Shown piece after piece: positions 35,301 through 49,158 of a stretch of DNA of 64,000 nucleotides. Under the pieces are notes generated by a model that was not told the origin of the DNA, did no database searches, and saw only the letters and a program-made list of their open reading frames with translations. Each line of letters starts with the position of its first letter. The first letter of the stretch is position 1. This DNA is from Antedon mediterranea (taxonomy: Eukaryota > Animalia > Echinodermata). The stretch is taken from assembly GCF_964355755.1 (NCBI RefSeq), contig NC_092673.1, positions 13,798,948 to 13,862,947 of the forward strand. Direction: 5' to 3'. The translations under genes were made by a program, and so were the position numbers.

Positions 35301-35600
35301 ATAAACAACAATTTGTATTTGCGGTCCCTAAATTCAGCAATTAAAAAAGTTGTCACTTAGGGATTTATCATATTAACTATTCATGTTGATGGCTCTAACG
35401 TCAAGGCAGAGATGCAAAATGCTAGCGGGACTAAGAGTATGATAAAGTCGGAAAACAGCCAGGACAGGCCCAATAAATTATTTTTCATCCCTAAGGTTTA
35501 GAAAATATTAAGACACTACTTAACTGGGCCTAGCAGGAATTGATACATCCATGTTTACTGCGCAGCTAGTGCCTCTAAAGCCAGTAGGTCTATCCCGATG
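32398..35600 (+). mobile_element. Degraded DIRS-type tyrosine-recombinase retrotransposon
   Basis: Gag-like PKMNLPVWGQLKPTTRTNDVRLQKVQ. RT: FVSPIFI..GKYRVIFNLKELNEY|..HFKMD..VDLRDAYYSV..FTKLLKPV..GYINDL..LGFSVNRGKS. YR bits: LSLRDLS..LMALTSRQR and LAGIDTSMFT..AASASKA. Confidence 0.85.
33162..34618 (-). mobile_element. Non-autonomous Helitron inserted in the DIRS RT
   Basis: Minus-strand 5' TCTATATATA and 3' CTAG with a terminal hairpin at 33162-33198. Inserted at A^T; removing it rejoins the RT motif NEY|V..HFKMD. Confidence 0.82.
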
Positions 35601-36391
35601 GATGAGGGGAATCTCACTTTCAATCATTAGTTCTGATTGAACACAGCATTCCCTTCACAACAAATCATCAATTCGCAATTTTGTGCCGTAGTGCATAATC
35701 ACAAGTGGGAACAGTCGGCGCAACAGTGCTGCAAACATCGCTACGGGCAGTTTGATTTAACGCAACAACGCAAGAACAGACAAACATATAAATATGCGGG
35801 AGTGAACCAGGTCAAAGCCTACAGTAGTTAATGTTGATTAGCAAACCGAGCCGGTTTGATTTCACCTACGCACTTGGGGAAGCAACACAAGGACATAAAC
35901 CCATCCCAAGCTAGTTGTAACACTTCAAATAATAAATCGCTTGTTAATGGTCAAGTTGTTTACGTTGCGTTTATGTCTTTGCATAAAGTTTACGTTGCGT
36001 AGGTTGCGCCGCTAGTGGGAAAACCATGCTTATGGTGGGCCGGGAGTCAATTCCTTTTGATTTACAAACACAAGGCAAGAACACTGGAAAAACATACTAC
36101 TGTACATCGCAAGTAACCTTAGAATTTAGGCCTCCAAAACACTTTTAGGAAGGAGATCACACAAAAAGTAACAAATAAATCCTTTAAATTGATGAATTTA
36201 CAGACGTGTTTCTCACACATCGGTTCATGAATTTCGCATACACCATGTTCAATGTTGCGAAAATCGCGAAATTCCCAACAAAGCTGTTTACAGTCGATCA
36301 GGCCTAGCCTAGGCTAAGTTCGCCAGGCCTAGCCTAAATATGGACAAAATGAAAATAAAATAGTTACTATAAACTTCTAATTGTGTATTAT

Positions 36392-36476
36392 TGGAATAAC
36401 CCACTAAAAAGGCCGGTACACCTAAAATGAGGATCACCAGCATTTTAGGTACCGGCCTGTTTAGTGGGTTATTCCA
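36392..36476. repeat. Small foldback palindrome (~37-bp arms)
   Basis: tggaataacccactaaaaaggccggtac..cctaaaatg / cattttaggtaccggcctgtttagtgggttattcca. Confidence 0.8.
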
Positions 36477-36769
36477 TTCGGAAAAATAGGGGTACATTGT
36501 GTATTAAATCATGGATTGTATTTGACCAATAGTTGACCCAGAACAGACTGGTTTCGGATGTTCCACTATAACTAATGGGATTCATTATTATACAGTGGTT
36601 TTTTTGTAGGCCTACACTTTTTATGTGTAAATAAATATATTTGAACATTTTAATTATATTGTGTTTTTTTTGTACAGTCATTTTATGTATAAATGTACTA
36701 TGTATTTAATGTTTCATTGCAGTAGTTGTAACTTGAGGCTATTGAAGAATCAAATCGAATATATTAAGA

Positions 36770-37140
36770 AGCAATAATACATTATTTCAAGTACGTAATC
36801 CATATATTATTTTGTTTATATTTTATTTTAACTATGTTAAATTAGGCCTATGTGACACGAGACTTGGCCAGTCCCAACGAAAACAATGGAAGCCGTACAT
36901 GCCTCGTAACAACAATGGAGACGTAAATGGAAAGCTTTGTCCATTATCTAGCCAATGAGTCATGATTCAATGCCCTATAATTTTAGTAATGTGTACATAG
37001 ATCCTATAATTTTACAAGATCCTTATAGACGGTCTTCTACAGTATGTACACATCTTTACTCCTATACACCGTTCCCCAAAGTTCTTTACACGTTTTTCAT
37101 CTATATTGACGCTTCAGTCCTTCTTGACAAAAAGGCACAA
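36770..37140 (-). repeat. Interspersed repeat, inverted copy of 60170-60560
   Basis: gtccattatctagccaatgagtcatgattcaatgccctataattttagtaatgtgtacatagatcc is the reverse complement of 60325-60390. Similarity extends ~370 bp. Confidence 0.88.
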
Positions 37141-40100
37141 AAAAAACATACTTGTTTAAGCGTCACAGCCCACTCCTGATTATCCAGCCACCTCTCTTCT
37201 TTTTTTCCCCTATATACGACGAAAAGTTCCGCAGTCCGGCCTAGCCCCAGACTAATGTTTCGTCTCATGAGACGTTTCGTCCCATAAGACGTTTTTTTAC
37301 ATCGCTGCAGCCCATTCCATCTTGTTTTAAAGTGCAAACAAATATATCAACGGTAGCGGTACCTGTACAGTTTACAACAATTGATAAATTGTATTTGCGA
37401 TATTGTATGTTTTGAATAAATGATACACTCCTCTTCTCTTGTTTATTTAATATTTTACTGCGAACAACTGTCGATTGAGACATTTGCCTGCTCGCGACCG
37501 GGAACCAGAATAAAGCTCGCTCCAACGAATTCAAATGTTTGTTGTTTATCTTTTCTCCCCTAGCTGTGTGGCGGTTTATTAATCATGCGAGAATGACAGT
37601 GTGTGCGTATCTAATTAATTATTCATTTTGTGTTCCTGCATCATGATGGGGGACGAGCCAAGAGTGGGCCTCCTAAACAAAAGTTTATTGTATTGCAAAT
37701 TGGTAGGAGCAGTCCAGTAAAGGATTAGTGTGGTACGAAAATTCTCAAGAATGTCAGTTTGATAGATCTTTTTCATAAATTTAATATTGATGATGATAAA
37801 CAACAATTATTTTTTTTGGTTTAGGTTGGGAAATCGACACAAATGACGGAGGTCATGTGTTTGGAGTCCCGTTTTGGTGCAAGATGTCTTTGAAACGAAA
37901 TAAAAATTAAAGAATATAAATATATATTTCAGGAGTTGATGGAAAGGGAATTTTTGGATTGTCTATTTCTGAATGATTACTCTCCAGTAGACAAAAAATG
38001 CTAAGGTGATACAGAAAATGCCATTTTAATTTGTATTTATAAAAATTATTATATACTATACACTAATATGTGTAGGCAGGGATGTCACCACGCTGGTCGG
38101 CGCTGGTCGGCCCCGTCCAGCACTCAAAATTTCCGACCAGGATTTACAGGCTGCCGATCACCACTATTATTTATTAATCATTACGATATTTATATTAGGC
38201 CTACTGTATGCCTAACTAAAATTCGTACTGAAACATTTTACCTAGCACATCGTTAATAACAGACAAGCTAGCCTCATATAGATAAGAAAAAAGACTACAG
38301 CAAATGTTTCCGTGGTTACGTACGTTACTTTATTTGTAACACAATACCCTGCCCTGGTATTCATTGTTACAGCTTGTGAGTCATGGCGAACCACGTGCTA
38401 CACAGCACAGTGTACAAGTTTAAAGTTCACATAGTGACAATTCAAGCATTTTATTTTGCACAGATTAAAAATACAAACAAGTACGCAGTACTTATGTTAT
38501 GCCACCGAATTATTATGTTATGCCATGTTTCTTATTTTGTGAATATTATATATGTTAAAAGTGCCAGTAAAATGAGATCGATTTACTGTAGAATGAAGTA
38601 AAAATAAAGCAGACAAACGAAAATATCAACTGTTTTTTATTTATTATTATTATTTTACTCTAAAACACTGAATACATTAACACTAAAGAAAGATAAACAA
38701 ATACGTACGGCACAAAGACAACAACAACCACGCGCGCAGCGGCAGGGGACTTCCCCTGCTAACTGCTATACAACTTACTGGACTGGACATCCCTGGATAA
38801 CTTCAGGTTGCTGAACTTCAGTTAACCCATAAACACGTGTCTGGTCTTGCCGGCCATGCACTACATGCTTGCCGCACAGTTGTGAAACAACAAATCCGGA
38901 ATTCGCGAATACGCTAAAAAAACTCTCGCGCAAAAGAACATATTATATCGAGCAACAAGTAGTAAGGTCTAGGCTAATAATTTATCTACAGTATTTGATT
39001 AGGGGTTAGGCCTAAATAAGGAAGCGCCTGTTTTTGTGGAATTCAGATTTTGGGGCATCTATCTAAGCCTTGGCTAGGCCTAGTGGTCGTAGTGTCCACA
39101 AGGCTAGGCCTAGGCCTGACGCGATCTATTGCTATTCATTTTGTAAGCGTTTTTTGTTTTCGCGAATAATAACGGCGACTCCCCTGTGGTACAAGGTTAG
39201 GCCTAGACCTGACGCAATTTGTTATTTATTTTCATAATTCTTTGTTTCGCTAAAATAACGACAACAATCAAGTTTGACTAGGCCTAGAACAACGGCAATA
39301 CGAAAACCAAAATATTAAAACAATTCAAGGATATGTTTACTCTGAATAATGCATCAGATTTTAAATGTAATGTAATTTAATTGTATATAAATCCTGATTT
39401 TTAAAAAATGTCACCATTGTCTGTCAAAAACGAAACGCACGCAATGTTTTCCTGTCATTACCGCCGAGAATGAGCAAACAGACGATACTACATGGCAGCC
39501 TACAAATATAGCTCCCGCGATTGCTTCCCGCTGCAAAAATTCTTTACAGAAGGTGAAATTGCGTCGCTAAACGACGAAAACTAGTTTCTGTCAAAAATAT
39601 AACGAACGCAAGATATAACGCACGTAAGTACTTAACATTATTAGAAATCATAAATACATTTAGAACATAAATACATAGTTTAGGCTTTATATATTTCATT
39701 CTAGTGGTATAATAATTACCTCGGTACGGCTAGGTTAGGGCGAACCTTCTCGAGCGACAGCTGTTTTGACTGAATCTAAATCGTGCGTTATATTTGACAG
39801 ATATCTCTTCCGTGCGTTAGGCCTTGACATATTTATTGGTTAGATTTTAGTTAATTTTAATATCATGGAATTAGTGGATGGAATAATGTAAAAAAGGGCC
39901 TAACCTAGAAATAATTGCGTACAAAGGTTTTTAAGTGGATTTCACTTCTTCATCATGTACTGGATCTGAGAAAAAAAGTCCCGAAAAATCTGAGCCCGCG
40001 AAAGGTCATTTTGAGTCATTATAAGGTCATTTGAGGTCAAAAAGTTACAATATCACGTTTTTGGACATAAAATATTTTTCCAACATCGTTTTTACCTTGA

Positions 40101-41729
40101 TATTGGTGTCAAAATAAAGCTTATTAAATTTGGAATTCAGTGACATAAACTTTATTGATTACTAGTACATTTTAATATTTATTTAAAGCTAATTAACTAT
40201 TTTTTATGCACTTTTTTACAAAAAATTGTTTTTCAAAAAATATTCAATGACATTTTATAGCTCACTAGGAAGCTTAAAATGTTTCAATGTTTTCCTAAAA
40301 ATATCTGTAGGACTCCAAGACACTAGAGTGAAATTTTCAAAATCATAGCCTCAATAATGAGGAGTTGAGAACTTTTTAAAATTTTGTGATTTGAAATAAA
40401 TGTATTTTAACCCATTTGACAAAAAAAACCACGAAGGCCGCTTTGGGTTTCCATACCTAATGTTTCTTGAAATAGAGCTTTCTGATTGGCTGTAAGTTTT
40501 ATGCAGCCTGGAACCAGCATCACTACACCGCCAGAAAAAGTTTTTGTCAAGAGTTTTATCATTATTTTGCAGGTTTGTGTTTATGTTCATTATGTTTAGA
40601 TAAGACAGATAATTAATTGAATAATGTAATTATTACCAGATATCTATGATTAGACCTATTACTAGGCCTAGGCTCTGATGGGTACTAGGTCTAGCTGAGC
40701 TAAGCCATATAGGAAGGGGAGGCCTCCTAACCTAGCTAGGCCTAGCCTAGGCTGGGTAAGGGGTTCTAGGAGCCTGTAGACTTAGGTTGAGGCCTTTGTC
40801 TCGTCTGACTAAAAAGGGACCTACTTCAATACTCACCTAGGCTTATATAAATATAAAGTGATATTAGGGTATTATACTTTATAAATCATTAACTTGAAAA
40901 TTAAACATTTAAATCATTTTTTCAACTACCCGCTGGAAAAAAGTTCGACAGTTTCGACACAAACGCGCTACCGCGTCGACGTCTATTTGTAGATTAGGGA
41001 AATCACCAAATATATGTTGCCAGGAAGCTCCGATACAGGCACACTTCACACCCGATAAGAGCTGATAAGTTGTTTATCTCCCTTCGAATTGTTGGGTGTG
41101 TTATGTTTTGATTGACAGATTTTCATTTACAAGACTTAAACATAGTTATTTTCCATCAATTGTGCCCCCTATATTTGTTTAACAACGAAAATTATAGGCT
41201 ACGCAAATATTATCAGGCTATCTTTTAAGCCTCCTCAGGCCCACGACGTTAGGCTTGGAAGAAAACTTAATCAAGGCTAGGCCTAGGTCTGTGTGTATTA
41301 TAAACCTGGCCATGGCCTAAGAATAAGACTAGATTTTAGCTATTTAAATGTTTTTAGTTCAAAATAGTTAATTTAATAATGAAAAAAAAGCAGTATTTTA
41401 CTGGTATTGGTAAGCACTGTTAAGCAGATTCGTTAGCAAAACGATGACAGTTCGATGTCGCCACGGCCGATGTCGCCACGGCGGCGGTGGCCAGAGTGCA
41501 GTCAGTAGTGTAGTCTACGAATACGAACGTATCGACGCGTGGTGGCTGTAACATAGGCGCGCCTACAGTACCCCGAAAATGAGTACAATTTTTAATGTAA
41601 CCGCACACTGAAACAGCCTTAATAAAATTTAATTTTGTGTATTCCATACTACACATTTCGATAACAAACACATACAAAATTAGCTCCTTCCATATTATTG
41701 TTATACCTCCCTGCCCTGGTTATTCCATT

Positions 41730-42945
41730 TAATAAACGATAGCAATTCGATGTCGGAAATTGATCGACATTGTTGTTGAACTGTTAAGTTATTAATAGCA
41801 ACTAATGATGAGTTAACCTACAATTTATTGTAATAGTTTTTTTATATAGTTTACCCCATATCCATTTTTAGGATGGGTGATAAAACATGCTCTCATTGAC
41901 GTGTATCTACCCTGACCAGAAGCGTCGTGTAGTAAACGATTTCGTTAGCTAGATTAGACGATAGCAGTTCGATGTCGAAAAGTTATCGATAATGTGTTCT
42001 ACAATGGAGTGATGACTTTATTGAAGAACACGGTCGCAGTTCTAAGTTAACTGAATATTATTAATTATGATTGTTTCATTTTGTTCCGATGTATTTCGAG
42101 GATAGTTGGGTATAATAAAAGCAAGCGATCTCATTAATTTTGACTTTTGTATTGTACCTGAGCTAAGGATTCAGATAGCAATTCGACATCGAAAAGTTAT
42201 CGACATTGTGTTCTACCATGGAGTTATTATACTTATGGTAGTACAGGGTCACAGTTAACTGAAGATTATTAATCTTAATAATTTTTTGTTTCTTTTTTTT
42301 TTCTGATTTAACGACGAGTTAACTGAAGGTTATTATTCTTAATTATTCCTTTAATTTTTTTTTATACACGGCACGCATTTCGAAGATAGTTAAAAGTAAG
42401 CCAGACGATAGCAATTCGATGTCGAAATGTTATCGACATTGTGTTCTACCATGGAGTTATTACTCCATGGTAGAACAGGATCACAGTTCTACGACGAGTT
42501 AACTAAAGATTAGTATTAATCTTAATAATTGTTTTATTTATACACGACACACATTTCGGGATGGGTTTGGTAAAAGCAACTGATCTCATTTTTACTTTTA
42601 TATTGTACCCTGAATGAGCGTCGTGTATTCTGTTACGTAAGCCAGACGATAGCAATTCGATGTCGAAATGTTATCGACATTGTGTTCTATATTACTCCAT
42701 AGTAGAACAGGATCACAGTTCTACGACGAGTTAACTAAAGATTATTATTAATCCTAATACTTGTTTTATTTATACAGGACACACATTTCGGGATGGGTTT
42801 GGTAAAAGCAAGCGATTCATTTTTACTTTTATATTGTACCCTGAATGAGCGTCGTGGATCATTACGTAAAGCCAGACGATAGCAATTCGATGTCGAAATG
42901 TTATCGACTATTGTACCATGGAGTGATTACTCCATGGTAGGGTCA
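41730..42945 (+). repeat. ~230-240-bp tandem repeat
   Basis: gatagcaattcgatgtcgaaatgttatcgac recurs at about 41740, 41960, 42175, 42407, 42647 and 42878. Confidence 0.85.
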
Positions 42946-43349
42946 CATGTACGATATGATAATAACCTTAATTGTTTCATTTTTTTTTTTTTCAATTTTC
43001 TTTTTAACGTTGTTTTCAAATTATCATTTGAATTCATTTTGAATTTTGTTATATTTTTTACATTTTTTTTGTCATGTTAAAACATGTTTTAAATACATTT
43101 TAAACACAACCCCATGCAAACGTTAACCTTTACCGGGCTTGAAAAGAATTTATTTTGCTTTTTAAAAAATTTTTTTTTTGAATTATTGACATTCGTGTTT
43201 ATAAATCTAACATTTTAGTGAAATAAAACACTCATGATGCTTTATTATATTGATCAAGCAAGTTTGACCAATCGATTTATTCACATGACATGATACAAAA
43301 ATAAAAATTGGAGTAGTGAAAAGAAGTCACCATGAAGGGGTATCGTAAC

Positions 43350-46300
43350 AGCCATGAGCTTAACGATGCGTGGCATTAGCAAAATGTTTATATTACTGTA
43401 ATTGTATTTTGCACATTTTGCTGATAGATGGGTCTATTGTATAACTTCCTTTCTACGGAAATTACTTGAACGTTGTTTCAAAAATGTTATTTTAATTCAT
43501 TTTGAATGTTTCTTTATTTCTAACTTATCAAATACTTTTTGTCATGTTAAAACATGATCACTTAAAAAATACCATGTTGTCAATGTGAAAAATTTACAAA
43601 ATTTAGAAAGAATTTGTTCATATATATATATAATTTAATTCCAACTACTTTAAAAAAAAAAAAAAACGATATAAAAATCAATAATTAATAGTCATTACTG
43701 CAGACTTAAAAAATTGAAAACCAACTTTAATATTCAATCATAATGAATGAGCTTGACGATGCGTGACATTTGCACGATGTTTATAATGATTCAATCAATT
43801 AATTGTATTTACAAATGTTGCTGGTATACATTCTGGTAGAAAGGCGAATAAGAAATTTGAATGGATTTCCGATCGCTGTTTGTCGTTAGTAATGTGACGT
43901 AACACTGTGTGACTTGATGTATAGCGCAAGCAGGTTTTTGGGGGTCAAAATAAATTTGAGTCATACTTAATATTTGTTTTAAACAGAAAATTAAAACTAT
44001 TTGTCCAAATTTAGAATAATTTTGTTGAAATATAGGCCTATATAATTTTATTCCAATATTTATAAAATACTTTAAAAAAAAAACCGACATAAAAATCAAT
44101 AATTATAGGCCTAATACTGTAGTAATAATAAAACCAATACAATCAATTTAACCGACAGGTCTCACTTAATATTTTTTAAACAGAAAATTACACAAATTTA
44201 GAAGAATTTGTTTATATATATATAATTGTATTCCGATATTTAAAAAATACTTTTTCGAATAAAAAAACCCCGGTATGATAATCAATAATTAATAGTCATT
44301 ACTGCAGTGAAAATTAAAAACCAACTTTAATATTCAATTAGATTTTAGTGAATGAAATAAAACACTGCATTTGTTTTATGAAGCTTGACGATGCGTGACA
44401 TTTGCACGATGTTTATATGATTCAATCAATTAATTGTATTTACAAATGTTGCTGGTATACATTCTGGTAGAAAGACAAATAAGAAATTTGAATGGATTTC
44501 CGATCGCTGTTTGTTGTTAGTAATGTGACGTAACACTGTAGCGCAAGCAGATTTTTGGGGGTCAAAATAAATTTGAGTCATACTTAATATTTGTTTTAAA
44601 TAGAAAATTAAAACTATTTATCCAAATTTAGAATAGTTTTGTTGAAATATAGGCCTATATAATTTTATTCCAATATTTATAAAATACTTTAAAAAAACGA
44701 CATAAAAATCAATAATTAGGCCTAATACTGTAGTAATAATAAAACCAATACAATCAATTTAACCGACAGGTCTCACTTAATATTTTTTAAACAGAAAATT
44801 ACACAAATTTAGAAGAATTTGTTTATATATATATAATATATAATGTTTTTTTTTTTATTTTGTATCTATTATGTTGTGTTTATTGTTTTATGTTTTTTAT
44901 GTAAAAGGGTCCTGCGAAAACAGAAGTGTAAACTTCTCTATGCAGGATCCTTGCCATCATTTATGCTATGAAACTGTATTTATAAACGATGAGTAAATAA
45001 ATGTGAATTGTGAATATAATTGTATTCCAATATTTACAAAATACTTTTTCAAAAAAAACCCCCGGTATGATAATCAATAATTAATAGTCATTACTGCAGT
45101 GAAAATTAAAAACCAACTTTAATATTCAATTAGATTTTAGTGAGTGAAATAAAACACTGCATTTGTTTTATGAAGCTTGACGATGCGTGACATTTGCACG
45201 ATGTTTATATGATTCAATCAATTAATTGTATTTACAAATGTTGCTGGTATACATTCTGGTAGAAAGGCAAATAAGAAATTTGAATGGATTTCCGATCGCT
45301 GTTTGTCGTTAGTAATGTGACGTAACACTGTGTGACTTGATGTATAGCGCAAGCAGGTTTTTGGGGGTCAAAATAAATTTGAGTCATACTTAATATTTGT
45401 TTTAAACAGAAAATTAAAACTATTTGTCCAAATTTAGAATAATTTTGTTGAAATATAGGCCTATATAATTTTATTCCAATATTTATAAAATACTTAAAAA
45501 AACCGACATAAAAATCAATAATTAGGCTTAAATACTGTAGTAATAATAAAACCAATACAATCAATTTAACCGATAGGTCTCACTTAATATTTTTTAAACA
45601 GAAAATTACACAAATTTAGAAGAATTTGTTTATATATATATAATTGTATTCCAATATTTAAAAAATACTTTTTCGAAAAAAAACCTCCCGGTATGATAAT
45701 CAATAATTAATAGTCATTACTACAGTGAAAATTAAAAACCAACTTTAATATTCAATTAGATTTTAGTGAGTGAAATAAAACACTGCATTTGTTTTATGAA
45801 GCTTGACGATGCGTGACATTTGCACGATGTTTATAATGATTCAATCAATTAATTGTATTTACAAATGTTGCTGGTATACATTCTGGTAGAAAGACAAATA
45901 AGAAATTTGAATGGATTTCCGATCGCTGTTTGTCGTTAGTAATGTGACGTAACACTGTGTGACTTAATGTATAGCGCAAGCAGGTTTTTGGGGGTCAAAA
46001 TAAATTTTGCATACTTAATAAAAACCGGTTTAAAAATCAATAATTAATAGTATAATAATAAAACCAATACAATCAATTTAACCGATAGGTCTCACTTAAT
46101 ATTTATTATATAATATAATTTAGAAGAATTTGTTCATAAATATATAATTTAATTCCAATATTTAAAAAATACTTTTTCGAAAAAAAAAAAACCCGATTTA
46201 AAAATCAATAATAGTCATTACTGCAGTGGAAATTGAAAACCAACTTTAATATTCAATTAGCTTTAGTGAGTAAAATAAAACATTTTATGAATGAATGAGC

Positions 46301-46450
46301 TTGACGATGCGTGACATTTGCACAATGTTTATAATGATCCAATCAATTAATTGTATTTCCAAATGTTGCTGGTATACTGGTAGGAAGGCGAATAAGAAAT
46401 GGATGTTTTTCCGATCGCTGTTTGTCGGTAGTAATGTGATCTGACTTAAT
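43350..46450 (+). repeat. ~630-bp tandem repeat (4-5 copies)
   Basis: gcttgacgatgcgtgacatttgcac at about 43750, 44383, 45175, 45801 and 46299. It explains the duplicated ORFs 43809..44099 and 45232..45564. Confidence 0.92.
44845..45014 (+). mobile_element. Short LINE 3'-UTR/tail insertion in one repeat unit
   Basis: Sequence absent from sister units. Stem agggtcctgc..gcaggatcct, then aataaa plus a (tgtgaat)2 tail, flanked by atataat. Confidence 0.55.
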
Positions 46451-46889
46451 TACGTTTTTAATCATTATCTGCATCCATAGAGATATTATAACTGAAAATC
46501 AATTTTAATATTGAGTGAGCTTTTTAGTGAAATATTTTTATAAGCTTATGGTATGAGCTTAACGATCTGTGACATTGTGTAAATTCGCTAATGCTCATTG
46601 AAATGAATAAACAAACAAATGCATACGTACATACTGTATACAATGTTATTTTTAGTATAGTAAAGTGCAGTAATGATAGTTTTACATATTTTATCATATT
46701 TTCATTGTAAATTTTTTTTTGGTCTGATCAAAATATTTACAATAAAAAATCACAATTTTCTCACGCTTTATACTTATAAATGTAGGCTATTGTTTTTTTA
46801 TTTAAAATAAACCTATCATCATGGTATAGAATAGTGTACGTGTATTTAATGCGAATCTTTGTAGAAAAACAATTCCATAAGTAAGAAAC

Positions 46890-47610
46890 TACCATGTGTG
46901 TTACTGTTCGTGAGCCGCACCAATCGTTAGAAAAACAAATCCGAGCGAGCCGAACGATTGTTGTAGAAATTCCATTTGATGTACACGCACTCATCTGGTA
47001 AGAAATTACCACGTGTATATTCATCATGCGAGTTTGTTGCCCGAACGCCGAACGACTGTTGTGAAATTCCATTTGATGTACATGTACCCCTCTGTTAAGA
47101 ATTTACCACATGTATATTCATCATGCAAGTAACAAGTTTGTTATCCGAACGCCAAACGACTTGTGAAATTCCATTTGATGTAGACGTACCCCTCTGGTAT
47201 AGGTTGGTTCCCACTGGCGAAGCAATGTAACGCAATTTGCGCAACGTAAGCAAATGCCCTTCTAATAATTGTGTTTGCCCCGTCTGCATGAAATCAAACC
47301 TGCGATGTTTCCAGCACTGTTGTATTTTGTTCCCACTTGTGATTACGCAATACAGCATTTTGCGTCGATACGTCGCTGCGTTGCGTTCCAGTGGGAACCA
47401 CGCTTAAGAAATTACCACGTGTGTTCACCATGCGAGTTTGTTGCCCGAACCAACGAGTGCTGTGAAAATTCCACTTGATGTACACGCGCCCCTCTGGTAA
47501 GAAATTACCATGTGTGTTCATCATGCGAGTTTCGCCGCCGAACGAACGATTATTGTGGACATTCCATTTGACGTACACACACGCACCCTAAAAAATTAAC
47601 ATGTGTGTTC
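46890..47610 (+). repeat. ~90-110-bp imperfect tandem repeat
   Basis: gaaattccatttgatgtacacg..ctctggtaagaaattaccac..tcatcatgcgagttt is repeated about 5 times. Confidence 0.85.
47201..47404. mobile_element. PIF/Harbinger-type MITE
   Basis: TIR aggttggttcccactgg / ccagtgggaaccacgct, inserted at the TAA of the repeat unit ctctggTAAgaaattacc (flanks tat/taa). A related end lies at ~35990-36031. Confidence 0.75.
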
Positions 47611-48289
47611 ATGCCTGTATAGTACCTGTCCGTTTCTGCTGACAAAATTGGCAAAACATTAACATTTTTTCATCAACAGTGTCAGCAGTAGGCTATAGTT
47701 TCGCGCTAGCTCAGTGGCGATCACATGTGTTTCGCGTTTTAGTCGAATTCTCTGGATAGAAGAAATATACTTAATATTAATAAATGTTTAATTACCAAAA
47801 TGTATTTAAAATTAGTTTCATAATCATACATAGGCCTACGTTACTGTTTGTTGTTAACAATAAAAATATTGTCTTATTTTACAACTCCCTGGTCTGAGTG
47901 AGATTGAGCCAAACGAACTCAAAATTAAAAAAAACACAGAAATTTAGTGACGAAGTATGACGTTGCAGTAGTGGATAGGCTATTTCCTGGAATGCCAAAA
48001 CTGTCTTTAACACGCCGCCGCTAAAAAGGGAGAAGTCTATGCGTTGCTGTTAAACCATGTGCTGCTAGGAACATGTTAGGTCTATAAAATGGACTATACT
48101 ATTTTACGAAACTATAAACATAGGATGGGTTGTTATGATAATGACATGGGGCGTGTTTATGAATACATTTTCAAAAGAACCGTAAGACTATGTATACGTT
48201 ATCGGGTATATATATTTTTTCACAATAGGCCCCTACTGTAATTGCCGGTGGTTAAGTTGAAAATCGAGGAAACATGCAAATAGACAGGC

Positions 48290-48309
48290 CAGGGAGTTGT
48301 AACTCCCTG
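48290..48309. mobile_element. 20-bp TIR-only element/footprint CAGGGAGTT..AACTCCCTG
   Basis: Palindrome flanked by an exact 7-bp duplication gacaggc. Confidence 0.7.
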
Positions 48310-49158
48310 GACAGGCTAATGCAAACGTGGCATGCCCTTGCTAATAAAACGTGTTGGGTTGGGAGTTATACAGAACGTAATGGAATTCTGTACCGTGTCC
48401 TGTGATGTACAGTATTTGATATATTTTTTTATTAATATACATTATTATAAATATATTATTAATACTAGTGTAGGCTAGGTACTCGGCAAGCTAGGCCTAC
48501 GTGTATTGTATATATACAAAAAAGACGTCAGCTCTGTACAGGCTCGTCGAACGGTCCAAGTTTTATTTTCTCGCACAAAGATTGTAATTGTAAACATCGG
48601 ACGCTAATAGTCGGTCAACATGCGGTACATGGTGTGGGCGGATCATCTTATCAGGCGGGTAAAGGAAGTCACCGATGTGACGGCGTATTGTCATTCTTCA
48701 AAGAAAACACTGCTTTTGAATAAACCGCCTTAATTAGGATAGCGCGTGCCAACTGTTTATTTATAGTAAATCCAATTAGTTTTTGCTTGCTTCTATTGTT
48801 TAAAGATCCTTAAAATACTGTCGATTTAGTATCGACGCATTGTCTAAATACTATCGAATTACTGTCGGTAACTAACTGCAAGTTCGACGTCGAACTTTTT
48901 TTCAGCGGGTAGGCCTAGTCCATTAAAGTACGGTGACACGTAGGTGCCTTGTACCTTTGTCACTAATGATTTGCTATTACAACTACAGTACTGTAAAACT
49001 ATTATCTGGCTGTTTAAAATGCATTACTGTATTCCTTTATATAATATTTTAAACTATAAATAGGCCTAATATACTTGACTTGTCTACGAACTGACCCAGG
49101 TGGTTAAAAATATAAAACATTTTACAGTTTACTAAATGTACTGTATGCTTTTTTTTCA

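Larger units (their letters stand above)
40929..48909. mobile_element. Non-autonomous CMC/EnSpm-like element (CCC..GGG ends) nested in Academ
   Basis: TIR cccgctggaaaaaagttcgac / gtcgaactttttttcagcggg with TA on both flanks. Many subterminal TCGA-core motifs (gttcgatgtcga). Confidence 0.8.

Noticed and set aside
38743-38758. Third mini palindrome caggggacttcccctg
   Set aside because: It has a different sequence from the CAGGGAGTTG footprints and no flanking duplication.
38077-38795. hAT-like MITE with 10-bp TIR cagggatgtc/gacatccctg
   Set aside because: The flanks (tgtgtagg vs gataactt) show no TSD, so pairing of the ends is unsupported.
43809-45564. Two near-identical ~100-aa ORFs suggesting a gene duplication
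   Set aside because: They are chance ORFs in the ~630-bp tandem repeat with no recognisable domain.
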